A DNA stretch of 40,909 nt, taken from positions 1-40,909 of the IMG/VR virus record IMGVR_UViG_3300037962_000344. The stretch is one strand, 5' to 3'. Made by a program: the position numbers and the translations under genes. The notes under the pieces were generated by a model that saw only the letters and a list, made by a program, of their open reading frames with translations, had not been told where the DNA came from and ran no database searches. Of this stretch, positions 10,049 through 18,755 are shown piece after piece (within the stretch, counting starts at the first letter, position 1; the number at the start of each line of letters is the position of its first letter). Origin of the DNA: a virus. Lineage: Duplodnaviria; Caudoviricetes.

Positions 10049-10822
10049 ATGGAAAGTCAATTAGCTAAAAAAGCTGATGCTGGTGCATTGGCAACAATAA
10101 ATCTCAGAGGCGACTCTAGAAAGGGGGCTGAAGAAATTAAGAAGGAAGATATATCTACACCTATCTTAAAAATTCTTCATCAACTATCTCCAGAGTGCAA
10201 CGAAAGAGATCCAAAGTACGTAGAGGGTTCCAAACCAGGAATGATCTACGCTTCATCTTTTGGTTCATTAATGGATGGTGAGAAAGAGGGTATCAATATA
10301 ATTGTTGCTCACACTCAAACCAGATATCCTGAATGGCAAGAGAGAGGAGATAGTGCTTCGGCACCTGTTGGAACTCATATGCAGATACCTGCAGATGCAG
10401 TAGAAGAAAGAAATGGTAGATATAGATTACCAAATGGTAACTATGTTGAAAAAACTGCTTACTTCTATGTAATGGTTGTACAGGGTAATGAGTCAAGACC
10501 TGCTGTGATAACAATGCGTTCATCGAATCTATCACCAGCGAGGGAACTTAACAATCTGATAACTAATTTAAGAGTGTCAGATGACAAAGGTACATTTCAA
10601 CCTGCTGCATACTCAGCTTTGTTTAACTTAAAAACAGTTGGCAAAACTGCAGGCAGTAAAAGTTGGCATGTATACAAACCATCTAAAGTTAGAATGTTAG
10701 ACATTTCTAAATCTGAAGATGCAGACTTATATGTGGCAGCACAAGAACTACAGAAGACCGTAGCTAAAGGTACTGCTAAACCTAAGTATGAGAACAACTC
10801 TACTACAGGAGACATCGTATAA
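10049..10822 (+). CDS. Putative single-stranded DNA-binding protein
   Basis: 257 aa, SD AGGAGG, beta-rich pattern (PILKILHQLSP...PGMIY...YPEW); sits just before the primase. Confidence 0.55.
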   Translation: MESQLAKKADAGALATINLRGDSRKGAEEIKKEDISTPILKILHQLSPECNERDPKYVEGSKPGMIYASSFGSLMDGEKEGINIIVAHTQTRYPEWQERGDSASAPVGTHMQIPADAVEERNGRYRLPNGNYVEKTAYFYVMVVQGNESRPAVITMRSSNLSPARELNNLITNLRVSDDKGTFQPAAYSALFNLKTVGKTAGSKSWHVYKPSKVRMLDISKSEDADLYVAAQELQKTVAKGTAKPKYENNSTTGDIV

Positions 10823-10875
10823 TTCCTACGGGAATAGTTGCAACGCGGGGCCGGAAAGCGAGAGTGGACCGGCCC
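10822..10875 (+). other. Two GC-rich hairpins between the SSB-like and primase genes
   Basis: ATTCC-TACG-GGAAT (C-UACG-G loop), and GGGCCGG/CCGGCCC enclosing GC-GAGA-GT. Confidence 0.6.
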
Positions 10876-10884
10876 TAGTACATT

Positions 10885-12486
10885 ATGAAAGATTTTATAA
10901 AATATTTTACAGGGTTAAAACGTAATTATGGTTTCTGTAACATACACAATGGATACAAAGATGAGTCTGGAAAAATAAAATTTGAACCAAAAGATTATGG
11001 TTGGGCTAAAAAAGAAATTACAGATCAAGATTACGAAGAACATTTAAATGGTGCAAAGTCTATTGGTGTAAATCCATGTGATGATGAAGGTAAAGCTATC
11101 TTCGGTGCAATAGATATAGATCCAAAGAACTACACAAACTTTAGTCTACAAAAATATTTAAAAGTAATTGAAGAAAAGAAACTACCTATAATACCTGTTA
11201 AGTCAAAGTCAGGTGGATTGCATTTATATTTATTTGCAAAAGAAAAAATAAAAGCATCGGAGATAAGAGAATTTTTAGAAAAACTATTATTTATATTTGG
11301 TCTACCATCTAAAACAGAGATATATCCAAAACAAACTTCATTAGATTCTAGTGATGGTAAACGACCATCAGGTAATTTTATAAACCTACCATATTATAAC
11401 AAGAAAGATCGTGTAGCAGTAAAACCTGATGGAGAAGAAATAGACTTTGATACATTTATTAAAGTTATAAATTTAAATGCACAAAATGCGGAACAATTAA
11501 AAGAGTTTGGAACAACACTAATTAGTAATGAACTAAAGAATCAGGCAGCAGAATTTGATGAGGGACCACCATGTCTTGGTCTGATATGTGGCGATATAGA
11601 AAGAACGAAAGAAAAGCTACCGGACGAAAGAGACAGATTCTTATACAACTACATGGTATTCGCCAAAAGAAAATATCCAGATCAATGGGAAGCAAAGGTT
11701 TTAGAAAAAGCAAGAGACTACATTAAATACGATAACATTTGGGGTGATGACAAAGTCAAATCAAAAATAAAAGCATGGAAGGGTGACACTGCAGGTTACA
11801 CTTGCAACGAAGATCCAATACAATCTAAATGCGCTAAGAGTATATGTTTACGTAGAAAGTATGGTGTTGGTAAACAACTAAACGCATCATGGCCTGAGAT
11901 AATTAGTGTAACTAAAATGGATTACAGACCACATCCAAAATTTTTTTTATATGTCAAACAACCAAGCGGTAAAATAAAAACTATTAATGCAAAGACTGTA
12001 AAACAAATTATAGAGCAAAGAGAACTAAGAGCACTAATTGCAGAACATACAAACATTGTACCGCCACCTATCAAAGCAAAAGACTTTCAAGATATTGTAG
12101 CTGAACTATGGTCACAATTAAATGTAGAGACACCAGATCCAGAATCACAACCGGCAGGTATATTATTTAGACATCTAAAAGAATATCTAAATGATGTAAG
12201 AACTTCAACATTAAATGGATTTAAAAGTGGATCTGTATACGTAGAAGAAAACAAAGGTTACTTTTTGTTTTACAAATTTTATGAAGAATTAAAAAGAAAC
12301 GAATGGCGTATGGATGAAAACGAAACAAAGACAATGGTTGTTGATGTATTCAAAGCAGATAGCAAACAAAAAAGAATTGGTAAAGGTAATGCTATCAGAT
12401 GTATGGAAGTCGACATGAAACAGTTTGAAGAAGACGAACCACCTGAAGAAATACTAGAGTTTGATAAAGAAGAGGACATAGTATGA
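10885..12486 (+). CDS. Archaeo-eukaryotic-type primase (primase-polymerase-like)
   Basis: AEP motifs GAIDID, SKSGGLHLY and GNFINLPY; PPC and Cys-rich accessory region; no Walker A motif. Confidence 0.8.
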   Translation: MKDFIKYFTGLKRNYGFCNIHNGYKDESGKIKFEPKDYGWAKKEITDQDYEEHLNGAKSIGVNPCDDEGKAIFGAIDIDPKNYTNFSLQKYLKVIEEKKLPIIPVKSKSGGLHLYLFAKEKIKASEIREFLEKLLFIFGLPSKTEIYPKQTSLDSSDGKRPSGNFINLPYYNKKDRVAVKPDGEEIDFDTFIKVINLNAQNAEQLKEFGTTLISNELKNQAAEFDEGPPCLGLICGDIERTKEKLPDERDRFLYNYMVFAKRKYPDQWEAKVLEKARDYIKYDNIWGDDKVKSKIKAWKGDTAGYTCNEDPIQSKCAKSICLRRKYGVGKQLNASWPEIISVTKMDYRPHPKFFLYVKQPSGKIKTINAKTVKQIIEQRELRALIAEHTNIVPPPIKAKDFQDIVAELWSQLNVETPDPESQPAGILFRHLKEYLNDVRTSTLNGFKSGSVYVEENKGYFLFYKFYEELKRNEWRMDENETKTMVVDVFKADSKQKRIGKGNAIRCMEVDMKQFEEDEPPEEILEFDKEEDIV

Positions 12487-13901
12487 TACATAAAATCTAT
12501 GGTCCACCAGGTACAGGTAAGACTCACAGACTTATTAATAGAGCAAGAGCATACGTTAGAATAGGGACACCATTACATAAGATAGGTTACTTTGCATTTA
12601 CAAGAAAAGCTGCAAAAGAAGCTAGAGAAAGAATGCCTATAGATGAAAAGAAACTAGAACACTTTCAAACACTACACTCATTTGCATATAATACACTTGG
12701 TTTAAATGAAGAAAACATTATGCAACCATTTCATTACGAAGACTTAGGTAAAGAACTGGGCATCAGAGTAAAGTATTCTGATAAATACAATGAAGAAGAA
12801 ACACACTTTCTGACGTGCAATGATCCATATTTTCAAATGATAGGTAGAGCAATCAATAGAGATGTGGGCATCAGAGAAGAGTTTGATCGTAATGAACATG
12901 ACAGAAAACAAATTAGATGGGGTACACTAAAACATATTCATGATAATTTTTTAAAATATAAAGACAACTATAAGTTGTATGATTTTAACGACATAATAAA
13001 TAATGTATTAAATAAAGTTCCTGACTTCGATGTTGTGTTTATTGATGAAGCACAAGACTTATCACCATTACAATGGAAGCTATATGATAAACTAAAAGAA
13101 AAAAGTAAAGATGTTTATCTTGCAGGTGATGATGACCAAGCTATCTTTGCCTGGGCTGGTGCAGATGTAAATAGATTTGTACAGGAACCTGCCAAAGAAA
13201 AAGTATTAAAGAAGTCTAGACGTATATCAAGAATCGTACAGGAAGAATCTAATAAACCAATAGAGCGTATATCAGGCATCAGGAAACAAAAAGATTATCT
13301 AGCAAGAGACTATGAAGGTGAATGTAAATACATTGCAAACCTAGGTCAGATAGATTTGACAAAAGGTAGATGGTTAATTTTAACAAGAACCAAGAATCAA
13401 TTATTAGAATTAATGAAAGAAGTTAGAAAGAAAAATTTATATTATCAAAGTAATAAAGGTAAGAGTTACAAAGTTAGATTATACAAAGCAGCAAGATTAT
13501 ACACAGACTGGACCAAGGGTAAAATTTTAGAAGAGAAAGAAGAAAAAGAATGCACCGACTTTATGGGTAATGAATTATTTAACAGAACTAAAAAATGGTA
13601 CGATGTATTTGTTGCAGCACCAGAAAAAGAAAAAAGATACATAAGAATAATGTTAGAAAATGGTGAAGATTTAGATGCAGATGCAAGAATATTTATGTCT
13701 ACAATTCACGCTATAAAAGGTGGCGAAGAAGATAACGTAATTTTATCATTACATCAAGGGGATAAAATACAAAAATCTATAAAAAGAAGTGTTGACAAAC
13801 GTGATGAAGAAGAACGCGTTTGGTACGTAGGAATTACAAGAGCACGTAATAATTTATATAAACTAAAATCAAAAATAAAAAGGAAGGAGTACAGACTATG
13901 A
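12483..13901 (+). CDS. SF1 (UvrD/Rep-like) helicase
   Basis: GPPGTGKT, DEAQD, AGDDDQAI, STIHAIKGGE and YVGITRAR motifs. Confidence 0.93.
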   Translation: MIHKIYGPPGTGKTHRLINRARAYVRIGTPLHKIGYFAFTRKAAKEARERMPIDEKKLEHFQTLHSFAYNTLGLNEENIMQPFHYEDLGKELGIRVKYSDKYNEEETHFLTCNDPYFQMIGRAINRDVGIREEFDRNEHDRKQIRWGTLKHIHDNFLKYKDNYKLYDFNDIINNVLNKVPDFDVVFIDEAQDLSPLQWKLYDKLKEKSKDVYLAGDDDQAIFAWAGADVNRFVQEPAKEKVLKKSRRISRIVQEESNKPIERISGIRKQKDYLARDYEGECKYIANLGQIDLTKGRWLILTRTKNQLLELMKEVRKKNLYYQSNKGKSYKVRLYKAARLYTDWTKGKILEEKEEKECTDFMGNELFNRTKKWYDVFVAAPEKEKRYIRIMLENGEDLDADARIFMSTIHAIKGGEEDNVILSLHQGDKIQKSIKRSVDKRDEEERVWYVGITRARNNLYKLKSKIKRKEYRL

Positions 13902-13969
13902 GAATACTTACATCAGACATATTAATAACTTTTTGTATTTGGTTCTGCATCATGGAGGTAATAAGATGA
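13898..13969 (+). CDS. 23-aa hydrophobic peptide (not in ORF track)
   Basis: MRILTSDILITFCIWFCIMEVIR; SD AGGAAGGAG; ATGA overlaps with both neighbours. Confidence 0.45.
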   Translation: MRILTSDILITFCIWFCIMEVIR

Positions 13970-14214
13970 CAAGCAAAGATATATTTAAAGATGCATTTCC
14001 ACAAGACAAACAGATAGGAGGAAATCACTACCAACATTATCTCATTCAACCATATGAATTTATTTCAAAGAATGAACTTACATTTTTTCAAGGAAATGTT
14101 ATAAAGTATGTAATACGTTATCCGTACAAGGGTGGTATACAAGACTTAGAAAAGATAAAACACTATTGTGATTTAGAAATACAAAAAATGAAAGACATGA
14201 AAAATGCCAAATAG
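13966..14214 (+). CDS. DUF3310 (T7 gp1.7-like) protein
   Basis: QIGGNHY...FFQGNVIKYVIRY..KGG..DLEKIKHY signature. Start moved to 13966 because of SD GGAGG. Confidence 0.85.
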   Translation: MTSKDIFKDAFPQDKQIGGNHYQHYLIQPYEFISKNELTFFQGNVIKYVIRYPYKGGIQDLEKIKHYCDLEIQKMKDMKNAK

Positions 14215-14392
14215 AAACTATACAAGAAAAAATATTACAATTAAAAATAAATATAAATTTCGTTTAGAGATATATCCATCAATAGTTGCATGGGAAATAT
14301 TTCCTAATGACTATCAATCATCTTTGTATGCATTTAGTAACAAAGATAGTTTGAACAAATTTATAGAAACCAACTACGTATTTGAAAAATGA
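14204..14392 (+). CDS. Hypothetical protein
   Basis: 62 aa, overlaps both neighbours within the operon. Confidence 0.6.
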   Translation: MPNRNYTRKNITIKNKYKFRLEIYPSIVAWEIFPNDYQSSLYAFSNKDSLNKFIETNYVFEK

Positions 14393-16308
14393 TATTACCT
14401 GATACAGAATGGCTTATGCCAACAGAATACCCTGATCTTAGATCTTATCCTGAGATTGCAATTGACTTAGAAACAAGAGATCCAGAACTAAAATCAAAAG
14501 GTTCAGGATCTGTAATTGGTAAAGGGGAGATCGTAGGATTTGCTGTAGCTGTAGAAGGATACAAAGGATACTTTCCTATCGCACATGAGAATGGACCTAA
14601 CATGGATAGAAAGAAAACTATCGAATGGTTTAGAGATATTTGCGAATCACCAGCTACAAAAATATTTCATAACGCCATGTATGACGTATGTTGGATACGT
14701 AAATTAGGTATAAAAATCAATGGTTTAATACTAGATACCATGATTGCATCATCACTAATTGATGAGAATAGATTTTCATACACACTAAATACTTTGTCTT
14801 GGCATCACTTATCAAAAGGTAAGAATGAAAAGAAACTTATTGAAGCAGCAAAAGAAAGAGGACTAGATCCAAAAGCAGATATGTGGCGATTACCTGCGAT
14901 GGAAGTTGGAGCGTATGCTGAGAAAGATGCTGAACTAACTTTAGAACTTTGGCAGAAATGTAAAAAGATTATTATTGAAGATCATCTGCAGGAGATCTTT
15001 GACCTGGAGACAGATCTGTTTCCTTGCCTGGTCGATATGCGATTTCTTGGGGTGAGAGTGGACGTTGAAAAAGCTCATAGAGTGAAACAAGACCTACAAC
15101 TACAAGAAGAGATGTTACTGTTACAAATAAAAAAAGAAAGTAACATAGATATTCAGCTAATGGCAGCAAGAAGTATTGCCACACTTTTCGACAAACTAAA
15201 GTTACCATATTCCAGAACTGCAAAATCAAACGAACCATCATTTACTAAAAACTTTCTTGTTAATCATCCACATCCTTTAGTACAGAAGATAGCACAAGCT
15301 AGAAAAATAAACAAGGTGCGTACAACTTTTATAGATTCTATTTTAAAGTATGAACACTGTGAAAGAATACACTCTGAAATAAACCAGATTAGATCTGATG
15401 ATGGTGGTACAGTTACAGGTAGATTTAGTTATGTAAATCCAAACCTACAGCAGATACCAGCCAGGGATCCGGCAACAGGGCCTTTGATTAGATCATTGTT
15501 TATACCTGAAGAAGGTATGAAGTGGGGATGTTTTGATTACTCGCAACAGGAACCAAGACTTGTTGCACACTATGCTTTGAAATTTAGATTAGCATCAGTC
15601 AATCCAATTGCAGATTCATACGAGAATGATCCATCAACAGACTTTCACAAAATAGTTGCAGAGATGGCAGAGATACCAAGATCACAAGCTAAAACAATTA
15701 ACTTAGGTTTGTTCTATGGTATGGGTAAAGCAAAACTACAAGCAGAGTTAGGTGTTACAAAAGAAAAGTCAGAAGAATTATTTAATAAGTATCACAACAA
15801 AGCACCATTTGTAAAACAACTGATGAACAAAGTAATGTCAGCTGCACAAGACAAAGGTCAAATAAAAACTTTACTTGGTAGACGTTGTAGATTTCCAAAG
15901 TACGAACCTGTACTACGTGGATCTGATTGGGGTACGTTTGTGCCTGCAGAAGATCACGAAAGAATGTTAGAATTACAAGCAATGGGTCCAGAGTTATTAA
16001 ATGATGAAGGAGAAAAAACTGGTAAGAAAAATTATTGGCATAATAATCCTGCAAGAAGAGCATTTACATACAAAGCTTTGAACAGATTAATTCAAGGATC
16101 AGCTGCTGACATGACAAAGAAAGCAATGATAGAATTACATAGAGAAGGAATTACTCCACACATACAGGTACACGATGAGTTGGATATATCAGTAATGAAT
16201 GATTTAGAAGCTGCAAAAATAAAAGATGTGATGGAAAACGCAGTTGACTTAGAAGTACCTAATAAAGTAGATTACGAATCCGGACCAAACTGGGGTGAAA
16301 TAAAGTAA
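14389..16308 (+). CDS. polA: Family A DNA polymerase with 3'-5' exonuclease
   Basis: Exonuclease motifs DLET, HNAMYD and YAEKD; polymerase motifs TGRFS, DYSQQEPR, KTINLGLFYG, IQGSAAD and VHDE. Confidence 0.96.
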   Translation: MILPDTEWLMPTEYPDLRSYPEIAIDLETRDPELKSKGSGSVIGKGEIVGFAVAVEGYKGYFPIAHENGPNMDRKKTIEWFRDICESPATKIFHNAMYDVCWIRKLGIKINGLILDTMIASSLIDENRFSYTLNTLSWHHLSKGKNEKKLIEAAKERGLDPKADMWRLPAMEVGAYAEKDAELTLELWQKCKKIIIEDHLQEIFDLETDLFPCLVDMRFLGVRVDVEKAHRVKQDLQLQEEMLLLQIKKESNIDIQLMAARSIATLFDKLKLPYSRTAKSNEPSFTKNFLVNHPHPLVQKIAQARKINKVRTTFIDSILKYEHCERIHSEINQIRSDDGGTVTGRFSYVNPNLQQIPARDPATGPLIRSLFIPEEGMKWGCFDYSQQEPRLVAHYALKFRLASVNPIADSYENDPSTDFHKIVAEMAEIPRSQAKTINLGLFYGMGKAKLQAELGVTKEKSEELFNKYHNKAPFVKQLMNKVMSAAQDKGQIKTLLGRRCRFPKYEPVLRGSDWGTFVPAEDHERMLELQAMGPELLNDEGEKTGKKNYWHNNPARRAFTYKALNRLIQGSAADMTKKAMIELHREGITPHIQVHDELDISVMNDLEAAKIKDVMENAVDLEVPNKVDYESGPNWGEIK

Positions 16309-16314
16309 TGTACT

Positions 16315-16956
16315 ATGTCATATTTAAATGCTAACATACCGCCGATTTATTGTAAAATAAGAAGGGAGTATCTCTATGATCTTAAAGAACATAAAGGAGA
16401 AGCTGTTGACTGTGTTATCTTTGGTCTTGCTTCTATTTCAGGGCGTGCAATATTGTTTCACTGCATGCTTCCGAATGGTGCAGTCTTTTACAGACTACCT
16501 ATTAGTGCGTTTTTTCAAAAAGAATTCGAACGACATCAAGTGCCAGATATGCGAGTGGATCAACTCCAATTGTGGAACAGCTTTAGTTATTATCCTAGTG
16601 TCCATGTTTTTGATTGGTTGGCTGGTATAAACGGTAAATTCATTGGTAAAGATAAAAAATTTTATCACGGTGAGTATCTTTTTACAGTTGACTGGGCGCA
16701 TCCAGAGACTAATATACTAAACACGGAACATTCTGAGATTCCGCAAGAGCACAAGTGTGCACACATAATTGCATTGAAAAATGGTAATTATGCAGCGCAG
16801 CCAAACAACAGAATAATTTGGCATGTCAACAGCTACACAACAGAAAACGATTGGCCCGATTATAAGGTGCAAACAACATACTGGGATGTAGAAGGAGACG
16901 ATTGGGTGACTGAGGACTCAGATAAAATGTTTTATGATATTGAGGATAAAAAATGA
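16315..16956 (+). CDS. Hypothetical phage protein
   Basis: 213 aa, aromatic- and His-rich (YLNANIPP...EHKCAH...AAQPNNR). Confidence 0.8.
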   Translation: MSYLNANIPPIYCKIRREYLYDLKEHKGEAVDCVIFGLASISGRAILFHCMLPNGAVFYRLPISAFFQKEFERHQVPDMRVDQLQLWNSFSYYPSVHVFDWLAGINGKFIGKDKKFYHGEYLFTVDWAHPETNILNTEHSEIPQEHKCAHIIALKNGNYAAQPNNRIIWHVNSYTTENDWPDYKVQTTYWDVEGDDWVTEDSDKMFYDIEDKK

Positions 16957-17150
16957 AAATACTTTGTTTTGATTGCGGACATAGATGCCATTGTGAAGGT
17001 CAAGGTTATTATGTAAGCACTTCTCAATGTGCGTCGTGTGATTGTTATTTTTGTAATCACATTGAAATAAAAAACCATGAAGATTACTTAGGAGAGAGTA
17101 TGTTAAAAAAATTATGGAAAAAATTTAAGGACTTAATTGGTCTAGTATAA
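16953..17150 (+). CDS. Small Cys/His-rich protein
   Basis: CFDCGHRCHC...CASCDCYFC pattern; internal SD AGGAG before MLKKLWKKF. Confidence 0.6.
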   Translation: MKILCFDCGHRCHCEGQGYYVSTSQCASCDCYFCNHIEIKNHEDYLGESMLKKLWKKFKDLIGLV

Positions 17151-17163
17151 GGTTTTATGTATT

Positions 17164-17859
17164 ATGGAGATAGCCAGGATGAATTATTACTTTACAGGTA
17201 TTCTAATAATACTTTTATGTTTGATAGCTTTTATCGGTCCTGCTTATCCAAACACTACACAAAACAACACTAGCGGATCAAACACATCAATCACAGGTGG
17301 ATATACAAGTTCAGCCACAAATACTTATCAGAGTGGAAGCTCAAACAATACCACAACCACAAATAATTCTACATCAAACATGCGGTCTGCACCACCAACA
17401 GCGTCAGCACCAAGTGTAACTAACGCTGGATCTGATGTTTGTCTTGCTGGAGCAAGTGCAGGAATACAAACATTTGGTATTGGAGTATCGGGTGGTAAAT
17501 CTTTTAGAGATAAAAATTGTGAAAGAATTAAATTATCAAGAGAATTAAATAGTCTAGGTATGAAAGTTGCAGCTGTAGCTATACTTTGTCAAGACGAAAG
17601 AGTATTTTTTGCTATGGAACAAGCTGGGACACCTTGTCCCTTTGAAGGAAAGATAGGAAAAAAAGCAAAAGCAGCATGGAAAAAATATGATAAATTAAGA
17701 CCAGACTATGAAACATATGTTAATAATTTAAAGATTATACAAAAGAAAAATGACGAAGAAGAAAAACAAATGACAAAAGATCTAACTAAAATGGATCAAG
17801 AAAAAGAAAAAGAAGACATACAAACTAAGCAAAAAATAGATTGGAAAGAACCTAGATGA
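17164..17859 (+). CDS. Exported or membrane-anchored protein with S/T/N-rich linker and Cys-containing domain
   Basis: N-terminal hydrophobic segment, low-complexity linker, four Cys in the C-terminal domain. Confidence 0.7.
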   Translation: MEIARMNYYFTGILIILLCLIAFIGPAYPNTTQNNTSGSNTSITGGYTSSATNTYQSGSSNNTTTTNNSTSNMRSAPPTASAPSVTNAGSDVCLAGASAGIQTFGIGVSGGKSFRDKNCERIKLSRELNSLGMKVAAVAILCQDERVFFAMEQAGTPCPFEGKIGKKAKAAWKKYDKLRPDYETYVNNLKIIQKKNDEEEKQMTKDLTKMDQEKEKEDIQTKQKIDWKEPR

Positions 17860-18218
17860 AAGTAAATGAAAACACTAGTATCAGCATGCCTGTCAAGAAC
17901 ATGCTCGCAATAATTTTTGGCGTAGTGGCCGGCGTGTTCGCATATACCGAGCTGACGGCAAGGTTAGTATCATTAGAGACCTCACGTGAGTTAATGCAAG
18001 CTGATTTACTTAAGGCTAGCGATCAAAAACCTGTGGACCAGGAGCAGTTCATGTTGCTCGAGTCACTTTTTTCTGACGTAGAAAAATTAATTGAAAATCA
18101 AGAGCAGAATGTAACAAACAAAGTTAATATAGAATTTAACAAACAATTACTTGAACAAGCATTAGAAGATATAGAAAAGCTTAAAGACAAAGTAAGGGAG
18201 AATGGAACACATCAATGA
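17856..18218 (+). CDS. Single-TM coiled-coil protein
   Basis: Hydrophobic LAIIFGVVAGVFAY followed by heptad repeats. Confidence 0.7.
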   Translation: MKVNENTSISMPVKNMLAIIFGVVAGVFAYTELTARLVSLETSRELMQADLLKASDQKPVDQEQFMLLESLFSDVEKLIENQEQNVTNKVNIEFNKQLLEQALEDIEKLKDKVRENGTHQ

Positions 18219-18430
18219 CAGAGATGGTGATAGCTTTATTGATGATAGTTAACGGAGAGATTTCCGAGGCGCGTATACAAAATTCAATGTCTGAATGTTT
18301 GAAAGGCAAGCGTGTTGCAAGCAGAGGAAATAATTCTAAAAGTGTAGATTACCAATGTATAAAGTCGATTGCTGAACTCGAGTTAAACATAGATGGATCA
18401 AAGTCTATAAAGAAACTTATATTAAAGTGA
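18215..18430 (+). CDS. Small protein with hydrophobic N-terminus and two Cys
   Basis: ATGA-coupled; MVIALLMIV...ECL...YQC. Confidence 0.6.
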   Translation: MTEMVIALLMIVNGEISEARIQNSMSECLKGKRVASRGNNSKSVDYQCIKSIAELELNIDGSKSIKKLILK

Positions 18431-18630
18431 AGTTTATATTAATATTGGTAATATGTAATGCTACATGTGGACCACAATTTGAATGGCCACAAAAGTTTGA
18501 TAGTTTTTATGATTGTGCAAGAATGGGATACAAAGCAGCTGAACTAAGAATAGCTGAGTTTGGTCAAACATATGTTGACAAGAATAGAACTTCTATATTA
18601 TTTAGCTGTAAGGAGATAGCAGAAACATGA
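18427..18630 (+). CDS. Small exported Cys-rich protein
   Basis: MKFILILVIC..TC...DC...SC; GTGA-coupled. Confidence 0.6.
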   Translation: MKFILILVICNATCGPQFEWPQKFDSFYDCARMGYKAAELRIAEFGQTYVDKNRTSILFSCKEIAET

Positions 18631-18755
18631 TTTTAGAATTAATTTGGATAATTATAATGGTAATGGGAGCGGGCTATGCGGTTTATCGTATTGATAAATT
18701 TTCTGATGATGTTAATCCATACAACTGGTTTAACAGAAACAGCGACGACAAATAA
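18627..18755 (+). CDS. 42-aa single-TM peptide (not in ORF track)
   Basis: MILELIWIIIMVMGAGYAVYRIDKFSDDVNPYNWFNRNSDDK; SD AGGAG; ATGA-coupled to the upstream gene. Confidence 0.5.
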   Translation: MILELIWIIIMVMGAGYAVYRIDKFSDDVNPYNWFNRNSDDK

